A DNA stretch of 64,000 nt, taken from positions 57,414,001 through 57,478,000 of the forward strand of contig NC_087436.1 of assembly GCF_036321535.1 (NCBI RefSeq), given 5' to 3'. Under the pieces are notes generated by a model, which was not told where the DNA came from, ran no database searches, and was given only the letters and a program-made list of their open reading frames with translations. This DNA comes from Camelus dromedarius (taxonomy: Eukaryota). A program made the position numbers and the translations under genes. Shown one piece after another: positions 25,851-39,812 of this stretch (its first letter is position 1; each line of letters begins with the position of its first letter).

Positions 25851-27785
25851 GTCTTGGAGAATAAGCAACGTTTCTATTGGGTCATGTTCACTGATTCATT
25901 CATTATTTATTGAGTATTAACTATGTGCTAATCACTGTCATGTAATTTTGGCCAAAACTGGAACTCAGGAACCTCTTAAAAGGTAATTTTTGTAACTACT
26001 ATATAACTAAGTGTTTAACAAGTAGTTTTTCCCTAGACAATCAATGCTTTTCATCTTTTTTTTTTTAGAAGAGGAATATGATCTCAGCACTCAGATTATA
26101 CTGAATTACAAAATGATTTTTCCCTACTCTTTCTTCCCCCCATTCTCTGTGGAGTTAGTACTCTCCATGCAAGGTACACAGAATGTGGGCACATGTCACT
26201 GGATGTCATCATGAATGACAACAGAAAGGAAAGAAAAGGGAAATGTTACTGTTTCTTAATATTTATTTTAGGTTTTCACCTAAGTCAATGGGTCAAGTGG
26301 GTTGGCCCATTCTGACCTTGTTTTTACCAAATGAGTTAGTATAGAAGAAAACATTATTTTCTAGGCAATGCCAACTCTGCTCTGAAGAGAATGTGCTAAG
26401 GTTTTCTATGAGAACCTATCATTTAATGCCTTTTATATTTTAAATCCTAATTTGAGCTGGGAACCATTCCATTGTTTTTAATAGAAAAATTGAGTTACAT
26501 TGATTAATGCAGGGAAAAGTACATTTCACAAAGAAGCAATATCAGTTTTTCTATATACTATGGAGTCCTAGATAGGACTCCATATGTAGGAAATAAAAGA
26601 ACTTAAATAAATTGTTGATGATTTTACGTCTTCTTCCAACAGAAGATTTGGCCACTGAATGAAAAGAAAAGGTACATGTGGAAAGTGAATTGTTGGTTGC
26701 ATACATATCACTTTCTTCAGGTTGTCTAAAGTACTGGAGATTGCAGTAATGACAGAAAGGCAAAAATTCTGTTTGATTAACTCAGGCTCAAGACTACCAG
26801 GAAACACTGGATGAACACAGTGATCCCTCTGTGTGGTCAAATGGATACGCAGAGAAACAGTGACTTTGTACACTGATTCAGTTTGCTTAGTGAAAGAACA
26901 TTTTTTTTCCTTTGCTCTTATTTTTCCTTCCAAACTCATCATTCAGGGTTTGCCTCTCCCTGAGCCAGCAGCCCTGGATTCTGATTTGAGAATGCTGGCT
27001 TGCAACTTGGTGATGAGTCTCAGTCTCAAGATGACAGGCAGGAGTATTTCAGGAACTCTGACTTTACTGGTATTTCCAAAAGTTATACGCATCCCTGCAG
27101 ATTGCAGCCTCATTGTACTCGGCTGACTGTGCTTCAAAATGAATTGGTGGCAGAGATTTATTTATTTATGTTTGGTGTTGCTTTTGTAGCCACACAAAAT
27201 ATTTTTATTAAAAGCTTTAAATTTATTCTGCTACCTTCCAAAGGATGAAAGTTTCTTTGTCAGGGCAAAAATGAATGGTTTGCAATGTTTTCTGTCGAAC
27301 TTTCTCTGAAGTTTGCCTTAAAAAAAGATTTAAACGAAACTTTTCTTGTAGAACATCCTGACATCTTTATTGTTAGAATTTGTGTTTTCTTACTGGCCTG
27401 ATACACTCCCACCACCAAGATAAATAAGATCAGACCACACAGTCTGTTGCCTGGGCTGTCAGCGACGGGATTCTTCAAGTTCAATCCTCTGCAGAAACTT
27501 GGTGAACCAGTTCAAAAAGGAAATAATGTTCTCTGATTTCAACTTTAACTTTATATGGGAAAGGCTGTGGGATTTTTATGGTAGGGTTCTTATGTGTATT
27601 ATCAAATTTTAAAACATTTTATTTGATTAAGGAAAACCAACAACTCACCACTGACAATCTTGTTGTGCTTATAGTTCAACTTGTCTTACTTTAGTAGGAA
27701 GCAAAGAATTTTACACACCAAAATGGCTTATAAGATAGAGGAGCAAATCAGAAATATGAGCCTAAACTTATGACTAGTTCTAAGG

Positions 27786-27788
<3 letters not shown>

Positions 27789-27819
<31 letters not shown>
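27789..27819. repeat. (GA)15 microsatellite
   Basis: Direct reading. Confidence 0.97.
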
Positions 27820-27823
<4 letters not shown>

Positions 27824-28271
27824 GAGTAATGGGAAAGACGGGGCAAAACGATTCATGAAGACTTTAGTTTCTTCCGGTTACAGAGCTGGGTGCTCTCAGA
27901 TGTGTTCCCAGCCATCCTCTGAGGGAGAATGTTGTCAGACTGGTTTTACAAATTAATGTCTTGAGATTAGTTTGAGTAACTTGCCCACAGTTTCCCAGCA
28001 GAAAGAAGAAGAGCTCTGATGCAAATCTAAGGAGGTCTTAACTCTTAAGTCTAGTCACATGATTAAAGGACTTTTATAGAGAAAGAATAGCTTTGGGAAG
28101 AGAGGAAAAAAAGTGATTTGGATAGGGTAAAATTCAAATGGTAGTAATGGTTACTGAAAGCTTTGCTGCTTGCTCTGTGGTCTTGTCTTATATCGGCCTT
28201 AACTCTGGCCATCTAATTCTGAAAACCGCAGAGGGAGGTGATTATTTACACTGATGAATGTACCCGATATC

Positions 28272-28286
28272 ACTGTAGATGGCGCT
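28272..28286 (+). promoter_or_regulatory. Candidate CTCF site
   Basis: ACTGTAGATGGCGCT closely matches the CC(A/G/T)SYAGRKGGCRCT core, mismatching the first base. Several CpGs are retained nearby. Confidence 0.45.
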
Positions 28287-30957
28287 GGCCAATCCTGCCA
28301 TCTTTGGAAACCCGATGCTGAGTTCTCATCTGTGGTGACACTGATCGCAATCGATAGTTGAAGGAAAATTGGAAAAGAAAAAAAAAATTCAAGCTCTGAG
28401 TTCTTTGGAATTTGGGGAAGTCCCTTTCCATGGATATATGTTTATAAATAATAGATAGATAGGTGGGGGTGGGGGGGGGGAGAGAGAGAGATCTATCTGA
28501 ATGTCTGTTATGTCCATAACAGGAAATTAAAGTGGAAGACGTCTTCCTTCATTTTCATAGGTGGCCTCCTCTACAGGCAGGCACCCTGGGAAAATTTCTA
28601 CAATAGAAAGTGTTTGGGGACTACCTTATCTACAAGAAAACCAGAGCATCTTTGAGTGTCTGATAACAGGGCTCGGGCAGGAACTTCTGCTGGTTTGGTA
28701 CTGTGGGAACACATGCAAGGTGAGCTGAAGGACCCACAAGCCAATTGTGCTCCGGGGTCCTTTCAAGGCAAATGAAGAGTCTGAGTATCCATCTTCTGGA
28801 AACAGGATAGAGCAGTATCTGTCCATGGATGCACATAACTGTGTTACCCCAACACGACCAATTATTCAGAGAGACAAATCCTATTTGTCTCTCTGAATAA
28901 TTACCTAATGTAAGCATTCTAGAAAACCTCCCTGGCTGATGGTGGGGTGGAGTTAACAGCAATAAAAATTCTCAGATTCTTAGGAAGCAATAACCACACT
29001 GGTTTCAGTTGTAAAACAGTAAAAATATGTTGTCAATGCTGCTAAGCTGTCAGCATCCTTCACCACTTCAATGCCATACTTTCAAATAGATCTTTGTTTT
29101 TTATTTGATGTTTCTCTTCTACTTTCTTGATTTTTTTTTTTAAAGTGGCCCCACATGTGCATGAGAAAGCAAATATTTACTTGGAATGTGTTGTTTTATT
29201 AGCATCATTATGGAGAAAAGGTAAGAAAGGGACATCTGTACTACAGCAGTGTGAGAGGCTGCCCTTTTCAAAAGCATTTTTGCAATGTGGCCATTAGCTG
29301 CTGATGGAGTTGCCATGGTTATAAGAGGGTCACTGTGGGAGAAATCTTCATTTATTATCAGATTTTGACAGCAGCAGTCAGAATGCTTGATGGGGGGAGA
29401 AATTAGAACAACAACATAAAAGAGCCTTGGCCATTTTAGCCACACAAAGAGTTGAGTTATAACATTAAAAAATATTCAGCGATAAAGTCATGGGTGAGTT
29501 GAGTGCCAAGAAAAATCTTGCTTTTGAAATAAACTGTACTCCTATAAACAGCAAAGGCAGAAAACGATCATCTACTCAAGAACCAGGATACGGCAGCAGG
29601 CGTAAACCTACTGAGTTGAACGTGATTAAATTATTTCACGTAATAGTTCACAGCAGCTGTGCTGTTTTCTTCTGCAGCCTTTCTTATGCAAAAATCTGGA
29701 TGATCTAAGCTGCAGCTTTAAGGGTTACTGAGCCTCGTGTGTCTCTTGGTATTTTAATACAAAGGAAAGCCTTTGTACTGAATGTACCTGAAAGCCCTGG
29801 GAATATTATTCTCACATAAAAAGTATAATAAATCCCATTACATGGGCCTCACTAGGTTATGGATTCACGTCCTCCACGGAAAGTCTATGCTATGCGTGTT
29901 ATGCATTCTTCTTTGGTCTTAGTACCATAATAGGAATTTCATGTTTTTTGCCTCTTTAGCATAACAGCTGATTTTTCTTGATGGGTCAGTGTTTAGAGAT
30001 GAAGCACAGTTTGTCTCTAGGCTCAAAAAGTACCAGTATGTAATAAATTATGTAGAATGTATTTCCAGTTAGGGCAGGAGAGAGAAGAGATCATTCCCCA
30101 CTGGATCCCGACGTGTACAGTAGCCTGTGATGTTTCTCAGTCGGCTGAGCAGAGGCAAAGCTTACTTACAGAGACAGTGAGCTGACAGGGATAAGCACCA
30201 TCAAGGCCCAGGCTTTGGGGGATAAAAGCTGGCAGATGAATAGAAAGAGGGCTGGCAGAGGTGGAAAGTGCATGGTCATTTAGGCAGAATAAAGGATAAA
30301 TGGAGGATCGTGAAAGGAAGCCTGCACCCTGGAAGGAGGCTCCAAACGGCAGGCTCAGCGCTTACGTGCACCCTGTGCTCCTGCCATCACCCAGGCTTCC
30401 CCTCAGAGGGCTTCACCCTCAGTCCTGGGGCATCTCTTCCTGCCCTGCCACACTCTCCCTCTTCTCTAAAACAATGTACTGGTCAGCCTTAAAACCCATT
30501 CTAGTCGCGTATTGTGGGTTACAGGCACTCAGGAGACAGACTCCTTGCAAATCGGGTGGCAGCTGTGTGGTCCTGCTGATTGTCATCAGCTGCACACAGG
30601 TGCTCGCTGTCACTGATAGTTCCTCAGACTGGTTGGTACTTGCTGTTTTATCTCCCTTCCCTCACATTTGCTGATCACTTTTGGTACTTTGATTTTCATC
30701 ATCTTCACTCCATGGAAATGACTCTGCTGAGGGCACTAATGTCTCAGTTGTTGACTGCAACAGATCATTGTCATTCGTGGCCTTCCTGGCCTCTTCTTTC
30801 TTAGCTCCAATGGTGTCCCGCCCACCCAACTCGCTCCTGTGGAATTCTCATCTATGGAACACTGCATATGGGTCAAACCAATAGCTTAGTTTTTGCAATA
30901 ACCCATGACGTGGAGGTGTAAGTCAGGAAACTGAGACTTCGAGTTCAAGTAACTTAC

Positions 30958-31660
30958 TGAGGGGTCTGGCTCTTGGCCAACACTGATGGGTGATTTTTCA
31001 GAACTAACCAAAGGCAATTAAAAAGGCTCAACCTGGCAGGTTTCACAGAGGAAAGCTGCCCTCCCCACACCGTACCCGGTGCATATGTGGATATGGGGCA
31101 GCCTCTGAGGGGACTTGCAGTCAAGGGCTCAGGCCCTCCAGGCTGGCCAAGCCCTTACGCATCTCTGCATTCTTAGCCCAGTGCCCTCTTTCAGGCCTTC
31201 AGTGGCGACCTCCTTCCAGCATCTCTGCTGGAAACCTCGTTTTGTGGGAAGGAGGGGAGAACCCTGAAGGCAATTTTCCCCGAATCTGACTCACTACTCA
31301 GTGCTTTTCCACTCCTAGCTCTTTCCCCTCGCGTTCTCCCCAGTCCCCAGATCCATAACTGTGAGAGCCTTCTATTTGGGGATCCCTCAGGAGTAAGATG
31401 ACCCAGCATCTACGCTGAGCTCTCTGATCCTTGACCAACGTGCCGTTTCCTGCGGGAAAATGGGACTGGGGGTTGGGAGGGGGCAGGGAGGGGAAGGAGG
31501 GTCCTACTTTCTCCACTTTAGCCTCCTGCTTATACTATTGTAGTATGTGGTTTTAGAGGCCTGGCTACTGGACGGTTACCGTCATTTTTGGCTAGTTGCT
31601 TCAGCCAGCTATTCTGACACCACGCGGCTCAGCTCTCTCCAGCTCACTGAGCTCCTGACG
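30958..31660 (+). mobile_element. ERVL-class solo LTR (MER74/MER73/MER54-like) inserted in a MIR
   Basis: Starts TG and ends CTCCTGACG (CA to CG). Perfect 5-bp TSD CTTAC (30953-30957, 31661-31665). The 3' part TTTAGCCTCCTGCTTATACT...TCTGACACC...GCGGCTCAGCTCTCTCC resembles MER74. The MIR core GGAAACTGAGAC...AAGTAACTTAC lies on the left and continues on the right. Confidence 0.85.
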
Positions 31661-31984
31661 CTTACGTGGTTCACGAGTAAGAACTGGAGCTAAGATCAAG
31701 TTAGTCTGCTTGAGTGAAACAATATGAGCTCTTAACCGCTATCTAGGCGGCACCATACTTTCTGAGCAAGTTTATGAATTACTTCCACAGGATCCACGTT
31801 CCTTGTTTGTCTTCAGTCTTGTGCAATTTTATTCTTCCTAGGAGATTTATTCTCCCCTATGAATTTCATCACCACTTGGAAGCTGGTGACTCTTCAATCT
31901 TTATTGCAAGATAAATATTGAGCTCTTTTCTGAGCTCGGAATGATAATTCTATGTCTGAGCTATATAGCTGCTTCAGAGGCAAC

Positions 31985-32350
31985 TTATTCATTTATCTAT
32001 TCACTCATTCATCATTCATATGCTTAATAAACATTTCTTGAGTACTTTCTATGAGCCAAGCTCTATAGGAGGGAGTAAGAGAGCAAGTCTCTGTGGTCCT
32101 GAAGCTTGCATACACACAACTGTAGAGAGGGATGCTAAACATGAACATTTATTTATAAATGGGTTGAGCACCAGGATTCAAAGTTCAGAGGGCTATAGAG
32201 TGCATTCAAAACAAACCTCTAGTCTGGACTGGTGCTTTGGAAAACGCCTCTCTGAGGAAGTGGTATTAGTAGGTGTTAGCAAGAAAGGGCAGAGGAGGAG
32301 GAGTGTCCCAGGCAGCAGAAATGCTATCGAAGAGGAAGGAGAACATGGTC
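31985..32350 (-). mobile_element. L2 LINE 3' fragment
   Basis: (TTCA)n-like tail, AATAAACATTTCTTGAGTACTTTCTATGAGCCA...CCTCTCTGAGGAAGTG...CCAGGCAG. Confidence 0.7.
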
Positions 32351-34229
32351 GGAATACAGAGAGGGTGCGATTCTGGCAACACGTGGAAATCCAGAGGTCT
32401 TCTGCATTCTTTCCTAAACCCTAACCTGAACCTATAGGTTTTCAGTCTAGTCTCATCCTGGATCTCTAGCCCATACATTAAAATCTATGAAGAGATACTG
32501 ATATTTTATTCAGCAGATCTTTAAGCCTGTCACTGCCTAAATGCCCTCTGCTTTAGCTCTCAGAGCTTCTTATGGGGGGACCCGAGAACATCCTGAAGTG
32601 ATGACTTCTCTCTCCCCAACTGGAGAACTAGACCAACCTCTTATCTCCACACTTTCCTCTTTCAGTTTCTTCTATCCTTTCACACACAGTCTCTCTCCTG
32701 GTAATTACAAAGCTTTGATTGTAGGATCAACAGCCAACTCAGTATGGGCTATAGAACAGAAAAGAGACCTATATCTTTGGGTTATTTTAATGTCTTCTTA
32801 ATATTCCATAAGTTAGGTATATAATCTTTAAAAATAATTTTTATTATAAAATATTTGACATCTAAAAAAGAACTTGTGCAACATATATTTCAGTTAAAAT
32901 GCATAATGTGCAACCACCTGTAAACCTACCAATATAAAAGTGATAGGCCATCAAATCATCTTCATTCTGTAATGGAGGTTGGCTCCATTGTCTGCAGTCC
33001 TTCCCACACTGCAGAGATGGTCTTTGCCCCACCTCCGGAAGACGGCAGGCCAGCATCTGCTTGAACATTTTACCTGGCAGACATGGCTGTTTGCAAATAG
33101 CATGGGGGGTTTAAAGCCAGGGATATTTATCCTTTTGGAGTATTATAGAAGTTTGAGACAAAAGGACTGTGGATGACAGCCAAACTTCTGTAGGATCCAG
33201 TTTGATCCTTTTAAATATACACCATGTCTTCATCTTTCACATTTGAACAGTAAAATTTTACTGCCTGAAACTGCTTTTAGTAAGGAGGCTAATTCTTGTG
33301 GAGGGAATGTTTATCTGTTGACAGAGTCTTGGAAGTGGTGTAGTAAGTTCTTTATTATGGACTCTCCCTTCAAAGAGGCAAGTCACATCACAAACGTGGT
33401 GAATAGGGTGGCCTGCCTTTAACTGGTTGCTAGTCTTTTATTTTAGTTAGTATAATAAAAACTGAGAAGATTGTATAGTTGATGATTGCTAGAGAAAGGT
33501 TTCTGTCTTGCTGGACTAGGAATCCTTGGTATTTCACAGAGCACTTGACACACAGAGGGCAGGTAATAGACATCTGCTCTTGTTACACTGACTGACTAGT
33601 CAAACTACTGAGCTTACTAACCTGTACATGTTGAGGGTAGCTTTATGTCCTCTGGGGAACACTAATGTTCATCAAAGTCATTGAGAATAAATATATTGAA
33701 TGGAATTAAATGACCTGGGCTGCATCTAGAGCTAATATTTAATCAGTGTGGCCCTAACTGATTGTTTATAACTAACATTCGTGCTAATTGGTGCATACCC
33801 TATTATCTTATTCTGCCTGGTCTGTGCTCTACTTTTTTCTTTTTGATCCACACCTTCATTCATATTTGTCTGTGCCTGTAAAATAGTTGTTAAATATCTG
33901 CAATATCAGCTTTCAGTATCAGTTGAAGGAATGGCTTCATTCACCATTTACATATTTAATCATTCATTTATTCACTTATTTCTCAAAAATTATTAACTCC
34001 TATGTGGTGCTTTTGGTAACACTAAGTATTCTTAAACCTTGGTCTCGATTCAGCAGTTCTTCACATGGTAAGGACTACCTGTAATACCATGGGATGAATG
34101 CTTTATCAGCAATAGGTATAAAACACTACAGGGAAACAAATGAGGTCATCATTTTGTTGAGTCTTTGTGTTTAAATTTTATTGAGTCCTTATGATTTGAT
34201 TTTACTGAGTCCTCTACGATTCGATTTAC

Positions 34230-34425
34230 TATGCTAGGTAAGTATTTTACATGCATTATCTCATTCGATACTCAAAGTAACCGTACAGAGTAGATACCAT
34301 TATTATCCCCATCTTACAGAGAAAGGAACTGAGGCATAAAAGACTTGGTAAGATCAACAGCTCACTGGTGGTAGAGTTGGGATTTGAATCTATGCACCCT
34401 GACTTCAGAACTGAGGACTAAAAAC
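34230..34425 (-). mobile_element. MIR SINE
   Basis: TTTACATGCATTATCTCATT...ATTATCCCCATCTTACAGAGAAAGGAACTGAGGCA...GGGATTTGAATC. Confidence 0.85.
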
Positions 34426-37400
34426 TATTTCCTTTATTCTGTCTGAACATTTGGCAATTGCTAACCAAGATTTTTCTGAAACTTAAAAATTTTGATTGCA
34501 TGGCGACTGCTGCCAGATAGCCCAGTGACCAAGCTCCAACCATTCAATTTAAAGAATTTAAGTTTACGAAAAAGTCTTCAATTTTGCATCAATTCATGTA
34601 TTATCTAACATTTTTTTTTTTGCTACTGTCTGTCCCTTTGTGCTAATTTTAAGAGCTAAATGAATCATTTTTGTTAGGTTCAGAAATTCCACTACACCTT
34701 GTAAACCATTTAGAGAAAGACCTCTGAAATATACATTATAAAGTTTGACTCAACAAAGTTTAACTGTCATCAGTCATCGAAAACAAAGTATTTGGTTTTT
34801 TGTAAGACTCCATTGAAGAATGGACTATAATCACAATGATCTAAGCTTTAAAAAAATGGGGAAAAATAAAGGACTTGAAGTTTGTTTTACTGGCAAATCT
34901 CAGGATGCAAACATTACATCTTGTGTTCACCCTGTAAATCCCACAGACAGACAGTTCACTGGGAGGAAAAAAAAAACAATTACTTTGCTCTTGCTATGGT
35001 CTGTAAACACAAAGCACTCGACAAGGCCTATAAACCCATCAAAGGTATCATTTATCTCGGCAGCTGTAGAGATGTTTGAGGTAACTTAACATTAAAGCGA
35101 AACTCTGTCTTAAGAGATTATTATGAAGTGGTTAAATGTTCCTCTCTTTTGACCTTTTGATTTTGAGCAACAAAGAAAGGTCAAGTTTGGCTGAATCTTA
35201 TGTGAGTAAACAATATACTAAAGAAGAGTGTTTAAAGTTTGCCTCTTGCAAGCAGAGTCCATTTAATGAGGTCAGTCTGTGAAGTGTGGAGACGCCTAAT
35301 TCCAATCTATGCTAAATTCTCAGTACAGTGCCCGGTGCACCGAAAATGCCTGATAAGTGCCTGTGGCCTTTTCCTTCTTTCTTGTTCTGCATTTACTTCC
35401 TGGCCATTTCACTATTATTCGATTCAGAGGATGAGCACAGGAAATAAGAGGAAATGAAATGAAATTAGCAAATTATACAGTCCTTTAGCATGTTTGGTCT
35501 AAAATTGTGGCAGGGGAAGAGATTAATATGAGGTTTTTGGACCTCCTAAAGACTTGACTGATATAAGTCATTGTTCCCTATCCTCGTTAGTACTGCACCA
35601 AAAATTGGTTGAGGCTGCCTATTATTTAGGATAAGATAGAGGGTGACTGCTAGGCAATGAACTGCCTGCAACAGAAAGTTCTTTTCTGTACTCTTTTGTC
35701 TTCTTCTTGCAGTTATTTTTGCTGGGAACTAACTCTCCAAACCAACTACTGGACTTTGTTCTCTTGTGTCATTAAAATCCAATGCTATACTCATTTGAAG
35801 CAGGGTAGAGATCCTTCTAAGAGATTTGGTCTTTGATGTTTTATGGTAAAACAGACTTCACCAAAGAATAATATGTAGTAGCAGGAAGTCAAACATGCAG
35901 TTTGGGGAACAGGGACGGCAGCTGAGACTAGGGAGAGAAATCTGCAGAGGCAGGGAAAGAGCAGCTGAGAGCAAATAGGAAACATCAGGGAGCCAATCAG
36001 GCTGAGCAGGAGTGCCCAGGAAAAGAGGGTTTTTTCTGTCTGCTGGACCTAACTGCCCATGGCATCTGAACAACGTATCTGGGTTAGTAACCTGGCTTTT
36101 GTACGTTTTACCCAGATGATTAGAGCCAAGGGGAGGGTAATATTTGTAACAGCTAATATTTGTTCGTAGGTCTAGTGATGAATGGATATGACATCACCAT
36201 TATTACTTGTGTCTGTTATATGTGTGGTAAAACTCTCTCACAGTAGAACCTTAATCTCCCTAAGGATCTGACTGATACTCCATGATTTTTCACTGTCTGA
36301 AGATGTATAACACTGCCTTGTGAGTGAAAATTGCCCTACTGTGAACAGAGAATGAAAATCCAGCATACCATAATAGCTCTGATATGGGCAAGGAAAAAAA
36401 ATTGCTTTACTTACAGAAAGGCTAGGCTTTGGAGAATTCAGCAGTCTTTCACATTTAAGAAAACAAATCCCTTGAATTAAAATTCTACCATTGTCGTCTG
36501 CTTTGATTCTAACCCAACACTAGGAAAAAATAACCCTGCATTTGCTTAATCCATATAAATCTGCACCCAATTCTTCTGTTCATCTCATCCAATTTAGAAG
36601 ATTGGGTTAAGTAGGTCCAACCCAATGTAAATAGAATTTAGCTAGATCTAGAGGGAGGAAAATAAACCTTAGACTTTCTTTTCTTTTTTAGGTGCTTATG
36701 TTAATCTAAGTGTTTGCGATGTATTATTGAAGTTGAAAACTTCTAGGAAAGAAAAAACATAACATAACTGAACAGAATTGTCACATTTTTCTTCAACTTT
36801 ATATAAATATTATTGTCCAAAGGCTTTCAAAGAATTTTCAGCTTCCCCGATCAGCAATGATTTATCTCTAGCACAAGGTCAATTTTATGCACAAAAAGCT
36901 TGGGTAATCATCTATGAATTTTTAAGAGTTATGCATGGGGCTGAGAATAGATTCATAGAATTTGAGAACCAGCCAGGATGAGTCAGATGGAGATATTAGA
37001 GAGGTGAAGCTACTTGACCATCGTTTTACAGCTGGTCATTAAAGGTAGAACCTGTGTCTTGACTTCCAGTTTTGTGTTTTATCCTCTGTGCTGCATTGAC
37101 CCCTGTAGATCTACTTTTATAAATTCAGTCCATGATTCTGACCAGTTGTCTTAGTTTTTGTTGACTGACTATGAGGCATGGATTGAAACTAATATTTCTG
37201 TGTGGAATTTCATAATCTAACTAGGACACATTTATCAAATACCTACTCTGTACCAGGCACTGTTCTAAGTGCTTTGAACGAATAAGTAAACAAAAGAGAG
37301 AAAGTCCTTGCTCTCATGGAACTTAGAATAAAATTAAAGCAAACTATACCATGTTGGGGGGGGGGCGGTATCCTTGGCTTTTCTTAAAATGCATCAACTT

Positions 37401-39559
37401 AAGATTTCTCACTGTGAAATAACTGGAACTTTGCTTGAGAATGGAGTATTGCTCAACAGTTCTATTTTGTTCAGAATGCCTATCCACAGAGGTCTGTTCA
37501 AGCAGTTCTTTAACTGATATAGAACCACTGGTAGAATGCTGGAATGTCTCTCTTCCTTCTCCATGCCCAAACATGATTGAAAACATCATTTTTGTTCATG
37601 AAGATTTCCCCCTGGAAATACGTATAGGTTGAGTTATGACTGAATTGTTTTAACCCTTAAACTGCCCTTTATTCTAACAATCTAAATAACTTTGGGAGAT
37701 TCTTTATCCCAGAACCTGATTCTAAAAGAGATAAGATACCTTTTCAGAGTTACTTATTGGCTACAATTTACAATTAGAATAAGGAGCCAAAACACCAGAA
37801 GCCAGATAAGCATATAATTATTATGCTCTTAAGTATATGTGTTTGTGCATATAAATAGAAATAGACACAGAAAAGTGAAAAAAAAAGTGTCAGGAAGGTA
37901 GGAAAATGGCAGACTTTTTTCATTCAAAATTTTTTCAACACTACAGCAAATATATTTTTAAAAGATAGTGTGACAGTGCTTAAACAATGCTCACAAGGGG
38001 AAGGCAAGGGCTCTGAAGTGTTCAGTTTCAATTCTTCACTAGTCAATTTTTCCAAAAAGCCTATTAGAGCATCAATACAGGCATCAGAGAGGAATTTATC
38101 CCTATTACATCCATTAACCCCAAAGATATTTCACACTGAGAAAAGAGACAATAAGAAATCAACTTAAAAAACTCAAACTGGGAAAATGCACCTACTCCTA
38201 TCTGCCCATAAAGTCTCAATAGGACAAGAATGAAAAAAGAAGCACTGTTGTCATTTAATTAGTTATTTTCCTATCTATGTCCAATATGGCAAAAACAGAA
38301 TGAATAGAAAAAAAAAACTTTCCCAATTTAATTAGACTTTTCAAAGGAAGAGAGAGAAAGAACTGACTCCGCAAAGCTGAGCTACAAAGAAGATTCACTG
38401 AATAGTTAGCAGGAAATCTTTTAATTATTGAACTTGATAAAGCACTTTGTAAAAGCTCCTTTATCTAGTTAGACCGAATAGTTTTCACTGCATACTTCTT
38501 AAGTATAGGTAAAAAGAATTTCAGTTTTACTTTGACCCAAATCAGCTTTATTAGTCATAATCTAAAGGAAAAAATTACATCGATCAAGCAATCTTTTTGT
38601 TGAATACATTTATAAAGTTCTGTTGTGTGTATGTAAATTTCTGAGTTTGAGCAACAGATTTTAAATTCACATTGAAACTGAAGGGAAATTCAGTAGCTAT
38701 AAGGCATGGCAGAAAGACTAGTATTAGTGAAAGAGGTAAAGCTATACTAGTATTTAAGTGTGTACTTGGTTTTAAAAGGTGAAAATATGTGTACATATAT
38801 TAAGTAATGGCTGTCTATTTTAAGCAGATAACATGTAAAATCTGCACTGTGGATGACCAGTATACAATTGATACCATTATTATAATTATTGTTTTCTCAC
38901 CCAGAGTTGTTTAAGTACATAATACATTTAGTTGACAGGAGTGCTGAAATATTTAATTATGCGTCTGGAATATGTGGAGTGATTTGTTCACAGATTACAG
39001 CACAGCCACAGCTGACCCACAGGACATTTCTGACCTCTGGCCCCAATTGTGTTTTGGCTCTGCAATGATAATTCAATTTTACTAAATAATTATTTTAGAA
39101 ACAACTAGCAATGCTCAGCAGTTGTTTCCCTCATCATTTCCTGATCACTTATCCCTAATGTGTGTGTATGTGCACAAAGTTCGATTTCTCTTGCCTACCT
39201 GTTATGTACACATATTCTTGTACACCCAAGTACATCACACTCAAATGACTCCAGGTGTGCAGAATTATAGAGTGTATGCAAATGAACACATATTTAAGGA
39301 GAAATTTGAAAAGACAGCAAAGCACATGGGTACCAACACAGACTGAAGATTCAGCATTAACTTATAAAAACGTATAGCTGGAGAAAATGGAATTGTGTGA
39401 AGAGGGCAGAGAAGGAACAACAGTGAACTAGTTAAATGAGAGCTTTAACTAGGAAACTTCGATCCGAGTGAATTGGGGCTGTTCACCAGATTTGCTCTTG
39501 AGCCTTGTAAAGTAAAACAGAGTGAACCTCTCGTCTGAGGTTTATCTTTTTCTAAAGGG

Positions 39560-39812
39560 TAGGTAGCCCTATCTAAAACAGAACACTTCTTGTCACTCTC
39601 TATCTCAATGCCCTGCTTATTTTTCTTACAACCTAACACTATATAATATGGCTGTTCTAATTCTACCATAGCGTACCTCTCTGGAACAATATATCTCATC
39701 AATGCAGGGATTCTGCACATATTTTTTTCCACCATTTTGTCCCCAACCACTTGGAGTAATGACTGGTAAATGGTAGGCACTAACTCACTATTTGTTGAAT
39801 GGGTAAATAAAT
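39560..39812 (+). mobile_element. L2 LINE 3' end
   Basis: GGTAGGCACTAACTCACTATTTGTTGAATGGGTAAATAAAT terminus. Confidence 0.65.
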
